A DNA stretch of 64,000 nucleotides from Clostridia bacterium. Its GTDB lineage: Bacteria; Bacillota; Clostridia; TANB77; RGIG9151. The position numbers and the translations under genes were made by a program. Where the stretch lies: contig JAFSUW010000003.1 of NCBI GenBank assembly GCA_017450465.1, positions 4,481-68,480 of the forward strand, written 5' to 3'. Each line of letters opens with the position of its first letter. Within the stretch, counting starts at the first letter, position 1. This document shows, piece by piece, positions 52,400 to 62,023 of the stretch. The notes beneath the pieces were generated by a model. That model saw only the letters and a list, made by a program, of their open reading frames with translations, had not been told where the DNA came from and did no database searches.

Positions 52400-53407
52400 T
52401 TACATTGTATTTCCTAAAAACTCCATATACTGTTTTACTTTTTCATTATCAGGTGCATATATATTTAGTTTATCAAGTATATTTATCCATAATAAGTCCT
52501 GTTTTTCTACCAATTCTTCAAATAGCTTTATTGCACCGTCAACATTAAATCCACGTGGCTTTTCTAATTCTTTTTTAGTATGCTCCTCATTAAAGAAATC
52601 TGGATTACTAAAATATTTTTCTTTGGTTTCACCTTTTATAATTCTCTTTACTTGATTAAATGTTTCTTCATAGAAAGCTTTCTCAAAATGTGCCCCATTA
52701 AAATTATCCCAAAAATTTTCATCTACCATAAAATATTTAGATAAATCGACTACATATGGATTATATTTGTCTATAATATGCTGCTCAAGTTCCGTCAAAG
52801 TTTTGTTATATTTATCGTTTGAATGAAATGGCTTTTTATAGTCGTTAGGTATTAGAGCTATATCGCCATTTTTTGTTAAATAATAAGTACTAGAGCGAAA
52901 TCTATTTAAGATAATATGATTACTATCATATTTTTGCATAATCTTTTCAAAAAACAAATCTACATATCCATACCATGCCCATTTTGGTAGTCCCATAAAA
53001 TTCGCTAACTCAATTCCGTTTGCATATTTCTTACACAAAGCCGTATTAAAAAACTCATGTGCACATGTAGAGAACATTGTTTTACCATATATTGCGAAAT
53101 CATTTTGCATGTCAAATAAATCCATAACTAAGTACTCAGCATCAGATTCAAGTAGCATCTTTACTGTATCTTTCGTTAAACATTGTTTTAATGACTTTAA
53201 TCTTGTTTTATCCCAAAGTTCCTCTTCTTTTATTGTTTCTACTTCTTCACGAGAAAAAGGTGCCGAGGTCATTGCACAAACGATATTTTGCTTATCTAAA
53301 AAATAATCCATAGAAATATCTTTATCCGCAATATTATGCCCTGCTTTATCTCCGTCTAACATAGAAAGACGTGATATACACGAACCTAGTATATTTACTT
53401 TTGGCAT
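52400..53407 (-). CDS. hypothetical protein of the glycopolymer locus (N-terminus ILGSCISR resembles capsule-locus DUF families)
   Basis: 335 aa. AAGGAGG RBS. Start is 4 nt downstream of the amidase gene end (53411), without overlap. Confidence 0.35.
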   Translation of the reverse strand: MPKVNILGSCISRLSMLDGDKAGHNIADKDISMDYFLDKQNIVCAMTSAPFSREEVETIKEEELWDKTRLKSLKQCLTKDTVKMLLESDAEYLVMDLFDMQNDFAIYGKTMFSTCAHEFFNTALCKKYANGIELANFMGLPKWAWYGYVDLFFEKIMQKYDSNHIILNRFRSSTYYLTKNGDIALIPNDYKKPFHSNDKYNKTLTELEQHIIDKYNPYVVDLSKYFMVDENFWDNFNGAHFEKAFYEETFNQVKRIIKGETKEKYFSNPDFFNEEHTKKELEKPRGFNVDGAIKLFEELVEKQDLLWINILDKLNIYAPDNEKVKQYMEFLGNTM

Positions 53408-53410
53408 GTT

Positions 53411-54220
53411 TTACCTCCTTAACCCGAATAACGAAAAGATGAGTGAAATTATAAAGTTATCATCAAGTAATTTATTATCCTCTTCTACTATTTCTTCTTC
53501 GACATAATCTTCTTTTAAAAAGTCAGTAACTCCAATCATTATACTATCTATAAAATCATATCGCATATCACTTGTAAGATATGAATCCATATTTTCTAAA
53601 AATTTTTTATCATCTTTGTTTGTTAAAAAACCGCATTCGATAAATATACTTGGGACGGTAGACCAATTAAGCCCTGTTAAATCATCTCTTTCGAATGTTT
53701 TTACTGTATGCTTTTTACTCATTTGTTTTTCAATTAAACTAGCAAGTTTTTTACTTGGCTCACAAATACTTTTTTCGCCAACATTTTTTTCTGAAGGTAT
53801 AAGTAACCATATTCCTGCTGCTTTTTGGTTATCGGCTGCATTACAATGTATGTTAAGCACCAAATCTGCCTTATTACCCATTAATGCTCTTTCTTTATTA
53901 CTTATGTTTACATCTTCTGTCTCACGAATCATTATAACCTTTGCACCTAGTGCTTCAAATTCTTCTTTTAAAATCTTTGAAACAGTTAAATTAATCTTTG
54001 ATTCGCCATTAGCACCATATGTTACCTTTGCTTTTTTCTTATTTATCACTGGCGAAGAATCTTCAAGCTCAAGATTACCCTTCTTTTGATGCCCTGCATT
54101 TATGCAAATAGTTTTACCTTTATAGTATTTATAAAAATCTGTATGCGTATCTGCAATAAGTGCAAATGAATTTTGAAATATGAATATGGTAAATATAAAT
54201 AAACAAATTATTTTTTTCAT
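53411..54220 (-). CDS. N-acetylmuramoyl-L-alanine amidase (Amidase_3 family), secreted
   Basis: Signal peptide. ICINAGH, ADLVLNIHCNAAD, ECGFLTN correspond to Amidase_3 Zn-site motifs. Confidence 0.7.
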   Translation of the reverse strand: MKKIICLFIFTIFIFQNSFALIADTHTDFYKYYKGKTICINAGHQKKGNLELEDSSPVINKKKAKVTYGANGESKINLTVSKILKEEFEALGAKVIMIRETEDVNISNKERALMGNKADLVLNIHCNAADNQKAAGIWLLIPSEKNVGEKSICEPSKKLASLIEKQMSKKHTVKTFERDDLTGLNWSTVPSIFIECGFLTNKDDKKFLENMDSYLTSDMRYDFIDSIMIGVTDFLKEDYVEEEIVEEDNKLLDDNFIISLIFSLFGLRR

Positions 54221-54322
54221 GAATTCTCCTTATTAAATTTATGTTTAGCGTGGAGCACAGCGTGCTCCGCTACAAGTTTGCGGATTTTTCTAATTTTATT
54301 TTTTTCCCCTATAAAAATAAAT

Positions 54323-55276
54323 TTACTTTATTTCTGCAATAATATCCCTATACATCTGCTCCAAATTCTTACTAGGCATCCAACCAAGTCCTCTTAATTT
54401 TTCAGCAGACATCCTTGCTTGTTTTTCTGGAGCATATCCAAACTTATCTGCCACTTTATTTTCACAAATCACTTTTATATTACCCTCAGCAACTTTCTTA
54501 GCTACAAGGTTTGCCATCTCTTTTACACGCATTGTATTTTCTTCGTTTACTACATTATAAGTTTCGTTACTCTCTCCTTTAGTAAGTATAGTGAAAACTG
54601 CACTTACCATATCCTCAGATGCGCAGTAATTGCCCATTGACATGCCTGATGTATGTAAAACTATATCTTTTTTATCTACAACAGATTTAGCAATTTGCAT
54701 GAAGATACGAGTATCATCTTTTCGTACACCTGTACCAAAAACTTGTGCAAGACGTGCTATTTTTACAGGCACCTCGTATTCTTGCCAATATAAATGACAA
54801 TAATGTTCTGCAATACGTTTAGATAATGGATAGCAGCTCCTTATTGATGTTAAACTTATATTGCCTAATTCATTTTCGGTAAGTAAATCTTCACTTTTTT
54901 TATCTCCATATACTTCCCATGAAGAAACATATACCATAGATTTTATCTTCTTTTTCTTTGCAAGTTCTAAAATATTTTTAGTGCCGATTACTATTCCATC
55001 TGCTACTTCTACCGGTTTTTCAATCATTTCATTTGATCTAGTAATAGCAGCACAATGAATTATATAGTCTATTTTGTAAGAAATGTTACATAGCTCCTCC
55101 AAATTTGTCTTTACAAAAACAATTTTCTTATCATTGTACATCTTTTTCGCTTTAGTTAAATTTCTAACTGGAAGTATGATTTTTTTACAAACATCTTTTT
55201 TCAAAAAACTATTTACAAGTAGACTACCTATAAAACCAGTTCCACCGGTAATTAAGACATTTGAATTTTTATCCAT
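54323..55276 (-). CDS. NAD-dependent sugar epimerase/dehydratase (extended SDR)
   Basis: VLITGGTGFIGSLL Rossmann N-terminus. YxxxK (YPLSK). 317 aa. Confidence 0.7.
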   Translation of the reverse strand: MDKNSNVLITGGTGFIGSLLVNSFLKKDVCKKIILPVRNLTKAKKMYNDKKIVFVKTNLEELCNISYKIDYIIHCAAITRSNEMIEKPVEVADGIVIGTKNILELAKKKKIKSMVYVSSWEVYGDKKSEDLLTENELGNISLTSIRSCYPLSKRIAEHYCHLYWQEYEVPVKIARLAQVFGTGVRKDDTRIFMQIAKSVVDKKDIVLHTSGMSMGNYCASEDMVSAVFTILTKGESNETYNVVNEENTMRVKEMANLVAKKVAEGNIKVICENKVADKFGYAPEKQARMSAEKLRGLGWMPSKNLEQMYRDIIAEIK

Positions 55277-55299
55277 ATTACTCTTCCTTTCTCTTTTGT

Positions 55300-56919
55300 T
55301 TAATTATTTAATATTCTTGTGAAATCAGAATCTGAAATACTATAAAACTTAATCTTATCATTTATAGTCTTTTTATAATCTTTAAGCATATCTATAATTT
55401 CGTTATGCAGTATATTCATTTCTCCTACATCTAACGATGCCTTTAATGTACCTTCTGAATAATTTTTATCGCTTCTATATCCATCAAACCCTACAATGTC
55501 TATCTTTTCAGGAAGTATATCACGCATAAGTCGTAAAAACATTATCATAGAATTATCGTAATACTTCCAACCACGTTTTAAAATATCATTGTAGTTAATT
55601 ATTATTTCGTCATTATCCCCTAAAGTTTTAATATTTGACGTGATTATTTTTTTCGAATTTTCAAATTTTTCTTTATACGTTTCCTTTGCATACTCGTATT
55701 TTACTTCATTCGTGAAGAATAAATAATCATAATTGTAATCAGGAATAATTGAATTTATACCAACTACTACCGGCTTTTCGGTATCTATTATTTTTTGAGT
55801 TTCAATGAGTTTTTCTTTTGCTGAACTACCAGGGAGCACTGCCAATATAGTTTTATTTGAAAGAGCATTTTTTAGTATTTCCTTACTAGGTAAATCATCT
55901 ACTACTTTATTTTGATACTCAGCATAAACATTTTCTAGATTATCATAATCATAGTGTCTTCTAGTTTCCTTATCTAGCGCATCAAATATTATTTTTATAT
56001 CTTTACTTGCTGTTCTATGAGTTTTAGTTAAATATGCCACATTATTTACATGGCATTCGTAAATACCTGAAATTAAATATGGTATCTGATAACCCCACTT
56101 AAAATTATCCATAAATGGAGTTATATACATATCTATTGCATCCATTATCATGTTCATATCATAATCAGTCGAGTATGCCTTATTTAAGTAATTTGCAATA
56201 AGTTCAAGTGGTGTATTTCCTGCGCCACGTCCCATTCCAGTTAAACTTCCATCCACTATAATTTCTCTATCCGTTTCATATAAGAAATCTACAAACTCCA
56301 TAGAAAGCGCATAAGACAACTGCTGATTATTATGCGAATGAAAACCAAGTTTTATATCTTTATCAAGATAATTATTTAATACTTCAAGTATCCTAAATAA
56401 ATCTTTTTTATACATAGCGCCAAAAGTATCTACAATTGAAAGTCCTTCTGGCTTTAATTTGTTCACTTTAAGAGCAAGTTCAATTAAATCAGTATCCGAA
56501 TATCCAAGTGTGTTTGCTGCCTGTAAATAAACTTTATACCCTTTTTCTCTAATAGGAGTAACTAAACTTAAACCCTCATCTACTTTATCACATGGAAACA
56601 CAATACGAATTGCATCTATAACACTCGTATCACACATTGGTAAATTATTCACGTCATATCGATTATAATCAATCATCGCTACATACGTCGTAAATTTACG
56701 TTTTGGCACTAATTTATATTGTTCTAAATCACTAGGCACATGATAATAAGTTGTACCTACTTTATGTTCAGGGTCTTTTAACCAACCGCATTCAATTATA
56801 TCTACATTCGCATTTTGGAGCTTTTGAATAACACCTCCAATAGTTGTAGTACCAAATTCTCCATTTACTATATATGCACCATCACGCAAAGTACAATCAA
56901 GTAGATTAATCTTCTTCAT
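55300..56919 (-). CDS. HMGL-like (pyruvate carboxyltransferase/aldolase TIM-barrel) protein with C-terminal extension
   Basis: N-terminal DCTLRDGAY resembles the DxxLRDGxQ motif of HMGL-like aldolases. 539 aa. Confidence 0.4.
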   Translation of the reverse strand: MKKINLLDCTLRDGAYIVNGEFGTTTIGGVIQKLQNANVDIIECGWLKDPEHKVGTTYYHVPSDLEQYKLVPKRKFTTYVAMIDYNRYDVNNLPMCDTSVIDAIRIVFPCDKVDEGLSLVTPIREKGYKVYLQAANTLGYSDTDLIELALKVNKLKPEGLSIVDTFGAMYKKDLFRILEVLNNYLDKDIKLGFHSHNNQQLSYALSMEFVDFLYETDREIIVDGSLTGMGRGAGNTPLELIANYLNKAYSTDYDMNMIMDAIDMYITPFMDNFKWGYQIPYLISGIYECHVNNVAYLTKTHRTASKDIKIIFDALDKETRRHYDYDNLENVYAEYQNKVVDDLPSKEILKNALSNKTILAVLPGSSAKEKLIETQKIIDTEKPVVVGINSIIPDYNYDYLFFTNEVKYEYAKETYKEKFENSKKIITSNIKTLGDNDEIIINYNDILKRGWKYYDNSMIMFLRLMRDILPEKIDIVGFDGYRSDKNYSEGTLKASLDVGEMNILHNEIIDMLKDYKKTINDKIKFYSISDSDFTRILNN

Positions 56920-56943
56920 ATTGTGCTCCTTTCAAAACTTTGT

Positions 56944-57615
56944 TTACTTTTCCATCAACTTATACATAAACTCTGCCATTAAAAAATCATACTCATCATC
57001 AATATCTAGTGCTTCAAACTTATTTATTTCGCATAAATATGGCTTTGGTCCATAAACAAATCCCCAACGTGCCATATCAGCCGTTTTGGCAATGAAAAAG
57101 CCATTGGTTATCGTATGCCAATTAGGAAGTTTCTGACTTGGAACATGATGTTCGATTGAAAAATTTACTGGCCCTTTTTCATCGAACAAATATTCTTTTG
57201 TGAGCATTGCCGTCACAATTGAATCAGCATCAAGTTCCCCTGTTAATGTTTTTTTATATAAATTAATACCTTCATTAAACTTGTCTTCTTTAACTAAAGG
57301 ACAAACACATGGTGCCCACATCATAGTGTCTGTATCTACTTCATTTTCGGCGACGAAACGCACTACTTCATTAAATGTTTTAGATTTTTCATCACAGTAC
57401 TCATCTGGTCTTTTTTTAGGAATAACACCGTTCCTTTTGGCAATCTCAAGCATTTCATCACTATCTGATGATACTATAATTTTGCTTATTCCTTCTACTC
57501 TTTTTAATTGATTTATTTTTATTTCTAATAAACTGCTCCCCGCAAATGGTTTTATATTTTTATTTTTTACTCTAGTGCTACCGGCACGAACCGGTATAAC
57601 TGCAGTTATCTCCAT
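56944..57615 (-). CDS. CMP-sugar (acylneuraminate-type, CTP_transf_3) cytidylyltransferase
   Basis: AVIPVRAGSTRVKNKNIKPFAGSSLL matches NeuA/KdsB-family N-terminal signature. 223 aa. Confidence 0.7.
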   Translation of the reverse strand: MEITAVIPVRAGSTRVKNKNIKPFAGSSLLEIKINQLKRVEGISKIIVSSDSDEMLEIAKRNGVIPKKRPDEYCDEKSKTFNEVVRFVAENEVDTDTMMWAPCVCPLVKEDKFNEGINLYKKTLTGELDADSIVTAMLTKEYLFDEKGPVNFSIEHHVPSQKLPNWHTITNGFFIAKTADMARWGFVYGPKPYLCEINKFEALDIDDEYDFLMAEFMYKLMEK

Positions 57616-57627
57616 AATAGGCCTCCT

Positions 57628-59688
57628 TTACACATCATAAATCTTGGTTATTGGTATTATATTTAAGTCATTTCTTATTTTTAGCAAGTTTTCTTTTATA
57701 TCATCAAATTCATCAATTATTGTGACTACCACAGTTTTTATTCTTGGATATTTTAATATGTCTTCGGGATTAATAACGTCTACATTCTTTAACTTTGGCA
57801 TTGTAGAATGCAAATCAATAAATGCTCCTACTCTTTCAATGAAGCTATCATCAAAGAAAATTATTTTTGAAACTGTACCTACTCCGTAAATAAAAACCTT
57901 ATCTTCATTTTCTAATATTGGTAAATCATTTACCTTCCCACAAAGCCATTTTACCAAACTATAATGCTGCCCTTGAAGCTTGTCCGTTACTTTATCATTT
58001 ATAGTCGTATTATATAACCAACAATAGTATTTTTCCATTTTATCATAATACTCTTTTGCTTCATCAATACGTCCCATTTTGTATAAGTATGTAATAATCA
58101 TATAAAAGGCACGAGTTTTATTATTAGACATATCAGAAACTTCTTTTACATAGTCCCTGCTAAGTGTTATTTCAAGATATTTTTTTAGCTCCTCCACCAA
58201 TATATTTTTATCCTCAAAAGTATCATATGCTACAAATCCCCTAAATAAATGATATGCACCTATATCTTTCTTTTCAAAATTTCGTATATCATCAAAACGT
58301 CTTAAAGCATATAACGCATTTAAGTAGATACCTGCGTCAACATCATTTGCCATTAATGCATCTTTATTTTCCGCAATACACTCATCCCTATATACTCTTA
58401 TATCTCGTATATATTCTTTCATTTTTTCATCAGATATTTCTTTGTTTTCTTGCATATATTTAATTTTGGCAACAATTTTATCTACATTTAGTTTTGCCTC
58501 TATATTATAATCAATAAGTATAAATACATTATAAACAAACTGATTTATAAATCTTTGCCTTATTACTTCATCCCAAGTAGCTTCATTATCTACTTTTATC
58601 TTTTCTTTATAATCTTTGTATAAACAGTCAACATACTTTGGAAATAAACCTTTTTTATAAAAGTTTTCGACTAAGTACTCTGTAACTTCAGTTATCTTAT
58701 CTGCAACATTTTCTTTTTCAGCTAGTAAATAATGAAAATATTCATCACTACACTTTACTCCGTCTGGCAATATTTTTGCTACATCTTTATAATTTATTAG
58801 TGCACCAGAGCCCTCCATATGCGTACGGAGTTTATATGTTTTGTTTAGTCTTAAATCATAATTGTCCTCATCTTTAATGCCCTCTAATATAACAAGTCCT
58901 TTGTCACTTGCATATGCGCCAACAAATGCTGTTGTGTACATGCATATTACTGTATGCGATGATTCAATAAGTTCTTGTAAATCTTTATGTTCCGTAAGCA
59001 TCGTTAAATTTTTAGGCAAGTTATTATTAGTTTCATTTTTTAATACATCAAATAAATGTAATCCATTTTTATGTGTAAATATTTTATCTGTTGGTAAAAA
59101 TCTTGGCTTTATAACAAGTTCATAATCAGGAAATTTTTCGCAAATATTTAATAATGTTCTTGCAAGTTCCCTTTTACCTTCAGGGCCAAATGGGCGATGT
59201 CCACTATCTATAAATAAAAATCTTTTTAATTCTTTTGCATCTTTCTTTATATTATCGTACTTTGGCTCGCCGATGCCTATTTTGTGATTTGTAAAATATT
59301 CATCAAAATCTGACACCAAAGTTGGCAGTGACGGAGCAAAACAAAAATCTCCACGCCATTGTATCGTTTTATCTATTAAATATGACTGTGTAAAAATTGG
59401 CTTATGTGCCGTCATTACAATAGTATCAATTAAATAATATGCTGCAACAGTTGATGTTACTATTACATCTACTTCATCTATGTCTTTTTGTGTCAGCATA
59501 CTTAGTGGTTTCATATCTATTTTCTCATCGAAAAAGCGCAGTACACTTTTATCAAAAAAGACAGCAAACAATTTGACTGTATGCCCGTTTCTTATATACG
59601 CATCAGCCATTTTAGATAAAGATATATTAGCTGCATCCTTTTCTGAAATCATTAATATCTTCATAACTTGCCCCCTGTTATTCGTCAA
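57628..59688 (-). CDS. large putative glycopolymer transferase (possibly TagF-like glycerophosphotransferase), Rossmann-like C-terminus
   Basis: 686 aa. C-terminal VFIYGVGTVSKII block is shared with the two paralogs upstream. No confident family assignment. Confidence 0.3.
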   Translation of the reverse strand: MTNNRGQVMKILMISEKDAANISLSKMADAYIRNGHTVKLFAVFFDKSVLRFFDEKIDMKPLSMLTQKDIDEVDVIVTSTVAAYYLIDTIVMTAHKPIFTQSYLIDKTIQWRGDFCFAPSLPTLVSDFDEYFTNHKIGIGEPKYDNIKKDAKELKRFLFIDSGHRPFGPEGKRELARTLLNICEKFPDYELVIKPRFLPTDKIFTHKNGLHLFDVLKNETNNNLPKNLTMLTEHKDLQELIESSHTVICMYTTAFVGAYASDKGLVILEGIKDEDNYDLRLNKTYKLRTHMEGSGALINYKDVAKILPDGVKCSDEYFHYLLAEKENVADKITEVTEYLVENFYKKGLFPKYVDCLYKDYKEKIKVDNEATWDEVIRQRFINQFVYNVFILIDYNIEAKLNVDKIVAKIKYMQENKEISDEKMKEYIRDIRVYRDECIAENKDALMANDVDAGIYLNALYALRRFDDIRNFEKKDIGAYHLFRGFVAYDTFEDKNILVEELKKYLEITLSRDYVKEVSDMSNNKTRAFYMIITYLYKMGRIDEAKEYYDKMEKYYCWLYNTTINDKVTDKLQGQHYSLVKWLCGKVNDLPILENEDKVFIYGVGTVSKIIFFDDSFIERVGAFIDLHSTMPKLKNVDVINPEDILKYPRIKTVVVTIIDEFDDIKENLLKIRNDLNIIPITKIYDV

Positions 59689-62020
59689 AGAAAGTTATAA
59701 ACTTAAAATCTTTTTTTATATCACACATTTGATTATATATGCTATCTCTTAAATCTTTTCTAGCTATAGTACAAAAATATATGTTACTATCAAATTTATG
59801 TCCCATCCCATATATCTTCTTACCATAAATAGATAAACCATGCTTAAAAGCATTATTATCTATAATACCTTCTACTAAATCTAGTTTCCCTAAAGATTTC
59901 AAAATACAAATTAAAGTTTTAGTATTACTTCCCGCTCCAATAAGAACAAATTTGTTATCATTAATCTTTTCAAGTATGCGTTTTGTCAAAATAACAACCG
60001 AATAGAAATAATGATTATGAAATATATTTGATACATTTTCATAATGAACAGTAGGATTTTTAAGTACATCTAATGCTGCATACCACTCATTAATATCTGG
60101 ATTAAATTTATGCTTTAATTCAAGCATATCTGTGCCTTCACCTATAAGCATAGGGTTTAATATCGGCACAAAAACATTTGCACCAAAATTTTGATCAAAT
60201 ACTACATCTTTTAATAAATTTACTTCACTAAGTTCTGGATAACAAAACATTCTATTCATAATTCTACATACATCAATATTTGAATTATCCCAATTACTTA
60301 GCATAGGTTTCTTCTTTTTATACGCCAAATACACTTTTTGAAATTCAAGTATACCTTCTTGAATTTTATTCATAACATCGATTTGCCATTTTGGATATTT
60401 TATATCTAATGTAATTGGTACAACCTTATCTTTTTTTCGCTCATACCGTACTGTAGTTCCATCAAGTGAAAATAAAAACATTTCTATTAAATTTATATAT
60501 ACTTCACTTACTTCCCTTGAAAACGAACCATAGTTACCTATAAACCCTCTTATATCACAGCCACTTATTGTATTATTTGCAACGTACGGGTCTGAAAAGG
60601 CAAAAAGATTAATAACATTTCCTTCTTTTTTTGCCACTTTAAAAATCTTATGCATTGTGCTTGGAACACTTCCGCGCCAGCCAATATCTACAGTTATGGA
60701 TTTTTGATTAAGCCCCATCTGTTCAAAATAATCTATTATATTTTTTGAATGTCCAGCACTTTTATTTTTTATTGATTTTATAACATCTGCGCTTATAAAA
60801 TAATTGTACAATTCATAAAGGTAACCTGAATTAATTATTTGTTCTGAAGTATAGTCTAAAATTTCTGGATATTTTTCTTTAACTTCTTCTTCGAGATCTA
60901 AAATCTCAGCTATTTTTCTTAAGGTTAAATTTGGTGTTATTAACATATTTTTTATGTCGTCACGTGTTATATACTCAAGCGTAGAGGTTTGTAGTGATAA
61001 CCTCGACAAATAAAGTGGTTCTATCGAATAATTTAAGCCACGCGCACTTTGAACATTTTTGAGGAGCTTAGTTAAGAACATCCCCTCACGCATAATAGGC
61101 CTTATAACACTAATGTTATTTTCTTGTGCAATATCAAGCACCCATTCTGAAAACAAGGTGAAAAATGGACCTATAACCATTGCGCCCATATCAAAATATT
61201 CTCTATCTTTTTCATCTTCGTATGGATTATGGCTAGTTGCAAGAAGTCTTAATGGAAATAGCTGCTGACCTTGAAAACTGTATGCCATTTCTTCCATTCT
61301 AAGATATGGATACTTAAAACTAGATTCAGTAATTAGCGTATAATAAAAACTATCGATATTTAATGCATTTGCGGCCCCTATATCACCATATATATCTGAA
61401 CCAACATGGAATAATTCATTACTTTTTATATTTAGTTTATCAAAAACAATCTTAAAAAGCCCACCATTTCTTTTTAATGCATTATACTCACATGAAATAA
61501 ATATATCAGTAAAAAGATTAATGTCTATGTTATTAGCTTTTAGTATCGTTTCAATTTGACTTTTGCTTAAATATATATCTGCAATAAGTATTACTTTAAG
61601 TTTTAATTTTTCTTTTATATATTTTATCGTTTCGTAAATATCATCATTCAAAAAGCATACTTCTTTTTCGCATTCAACTTCTAAATTCATTAATTTATCA
61701 GCATTCTTTTTGTAAGCGCTAGGAAGCATTTTATAAATCTCTGGCAAAGTTATTTCTACTGCCTCAACATCTACATTTTTTTTATTTACTCTAGCGACTT
61801 TTTCAGCAATTATTCTAGAATTTTTCCAATCGTACTTATTTGTATACTTAGGAAATAATTCCGGATTCATATCATACATTTTTAAAAACACAAAAGACGG
61901 ATTTGCTGCCGCTCTTAATATTAATGTATTTATGAGTTCGAAACTTACCACTTTTATTTCTTTATTATTTTGTATTTTCTCTATTAAATCGCTTAACATA
62001 AAAATCCTCCGTGAATACAA
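59678..62020 (-). CDS. large (780 aa) HAD-like-domain protein of glycopolymer locus, paralog A
   Basis: HAD motif-IV-like FHVGSDIYGDIGAANA, degenerate motif I VVSFELINTLI. C-terminal KFVLIGAGSNTKT Rossmann-like block. Overlaps downstream gene by 11 nt. Confidence 0.4.
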   Translation of the reverse strand: MYSRRIFMLSDLIEKIQNNKEIKVVSFELINTLILRAAANPSFVFLKMYDMNPELFPKYTNKYDWKNSRIIAEKVARVNKKNVDVEAVEITLPEIYKMLPSAYKKNADKLMNLEVECEKEVCFLNDDIYETIKYIKEKLKLKVILIADIYLSKSQIETILKANNIDINLFTDIFISCEYNALKRNGGLFKIVFDKLNIKSNELFHVGSDIYGDIGAANALNIDSFYYTLITESSFKYPYLRMEEMAYSFQGQQLFPLRLLATSHNPYEDEKDREYFDMGAMVIGPFFTLFSEWVLDIAQENNISVIRPIMREGMFLTKLLKNVQSARGLNYSIEPLYLSRLSLQTSTLEYITRDDIKNMLITPNLTLRKIAEILDLEEEVKEKYPEILDYTSEQIINSGYLYELYNYFISADVIKSIKNKSAGHSKNIIDYFEQMGLNQKSITVDIGWRGSVPSTMHKIFKVAKKEGNVINLFAFSDPYVANNTISGCDIRGFIGNYGSFSREVSEVYINLIEMFLFSLDGTTVRYERKKDKVVPITLDIKYPKWQIDVMNKIQEGILEFQKVYLAYKKKKPMLSNWDNSNIDVCRIMNRMFCYPELSEVNLLKDVVFDQNFGANVFVPILNPMLIGEGTDMLELKHKFNPDINEWYAALDVLKNPTVHYENVSNIFHNHYFYSVVILTKRILEKINDNKFVLIGAGSNTKTLICILKSLGKLDLVEGIIDNNAFKHGLSIYGKKIYGMGHKFDSNIYFCTIARKDLRDSIYNQMCDIKKDFKFITFFDE

Positions 62021-62023
62021 AAA

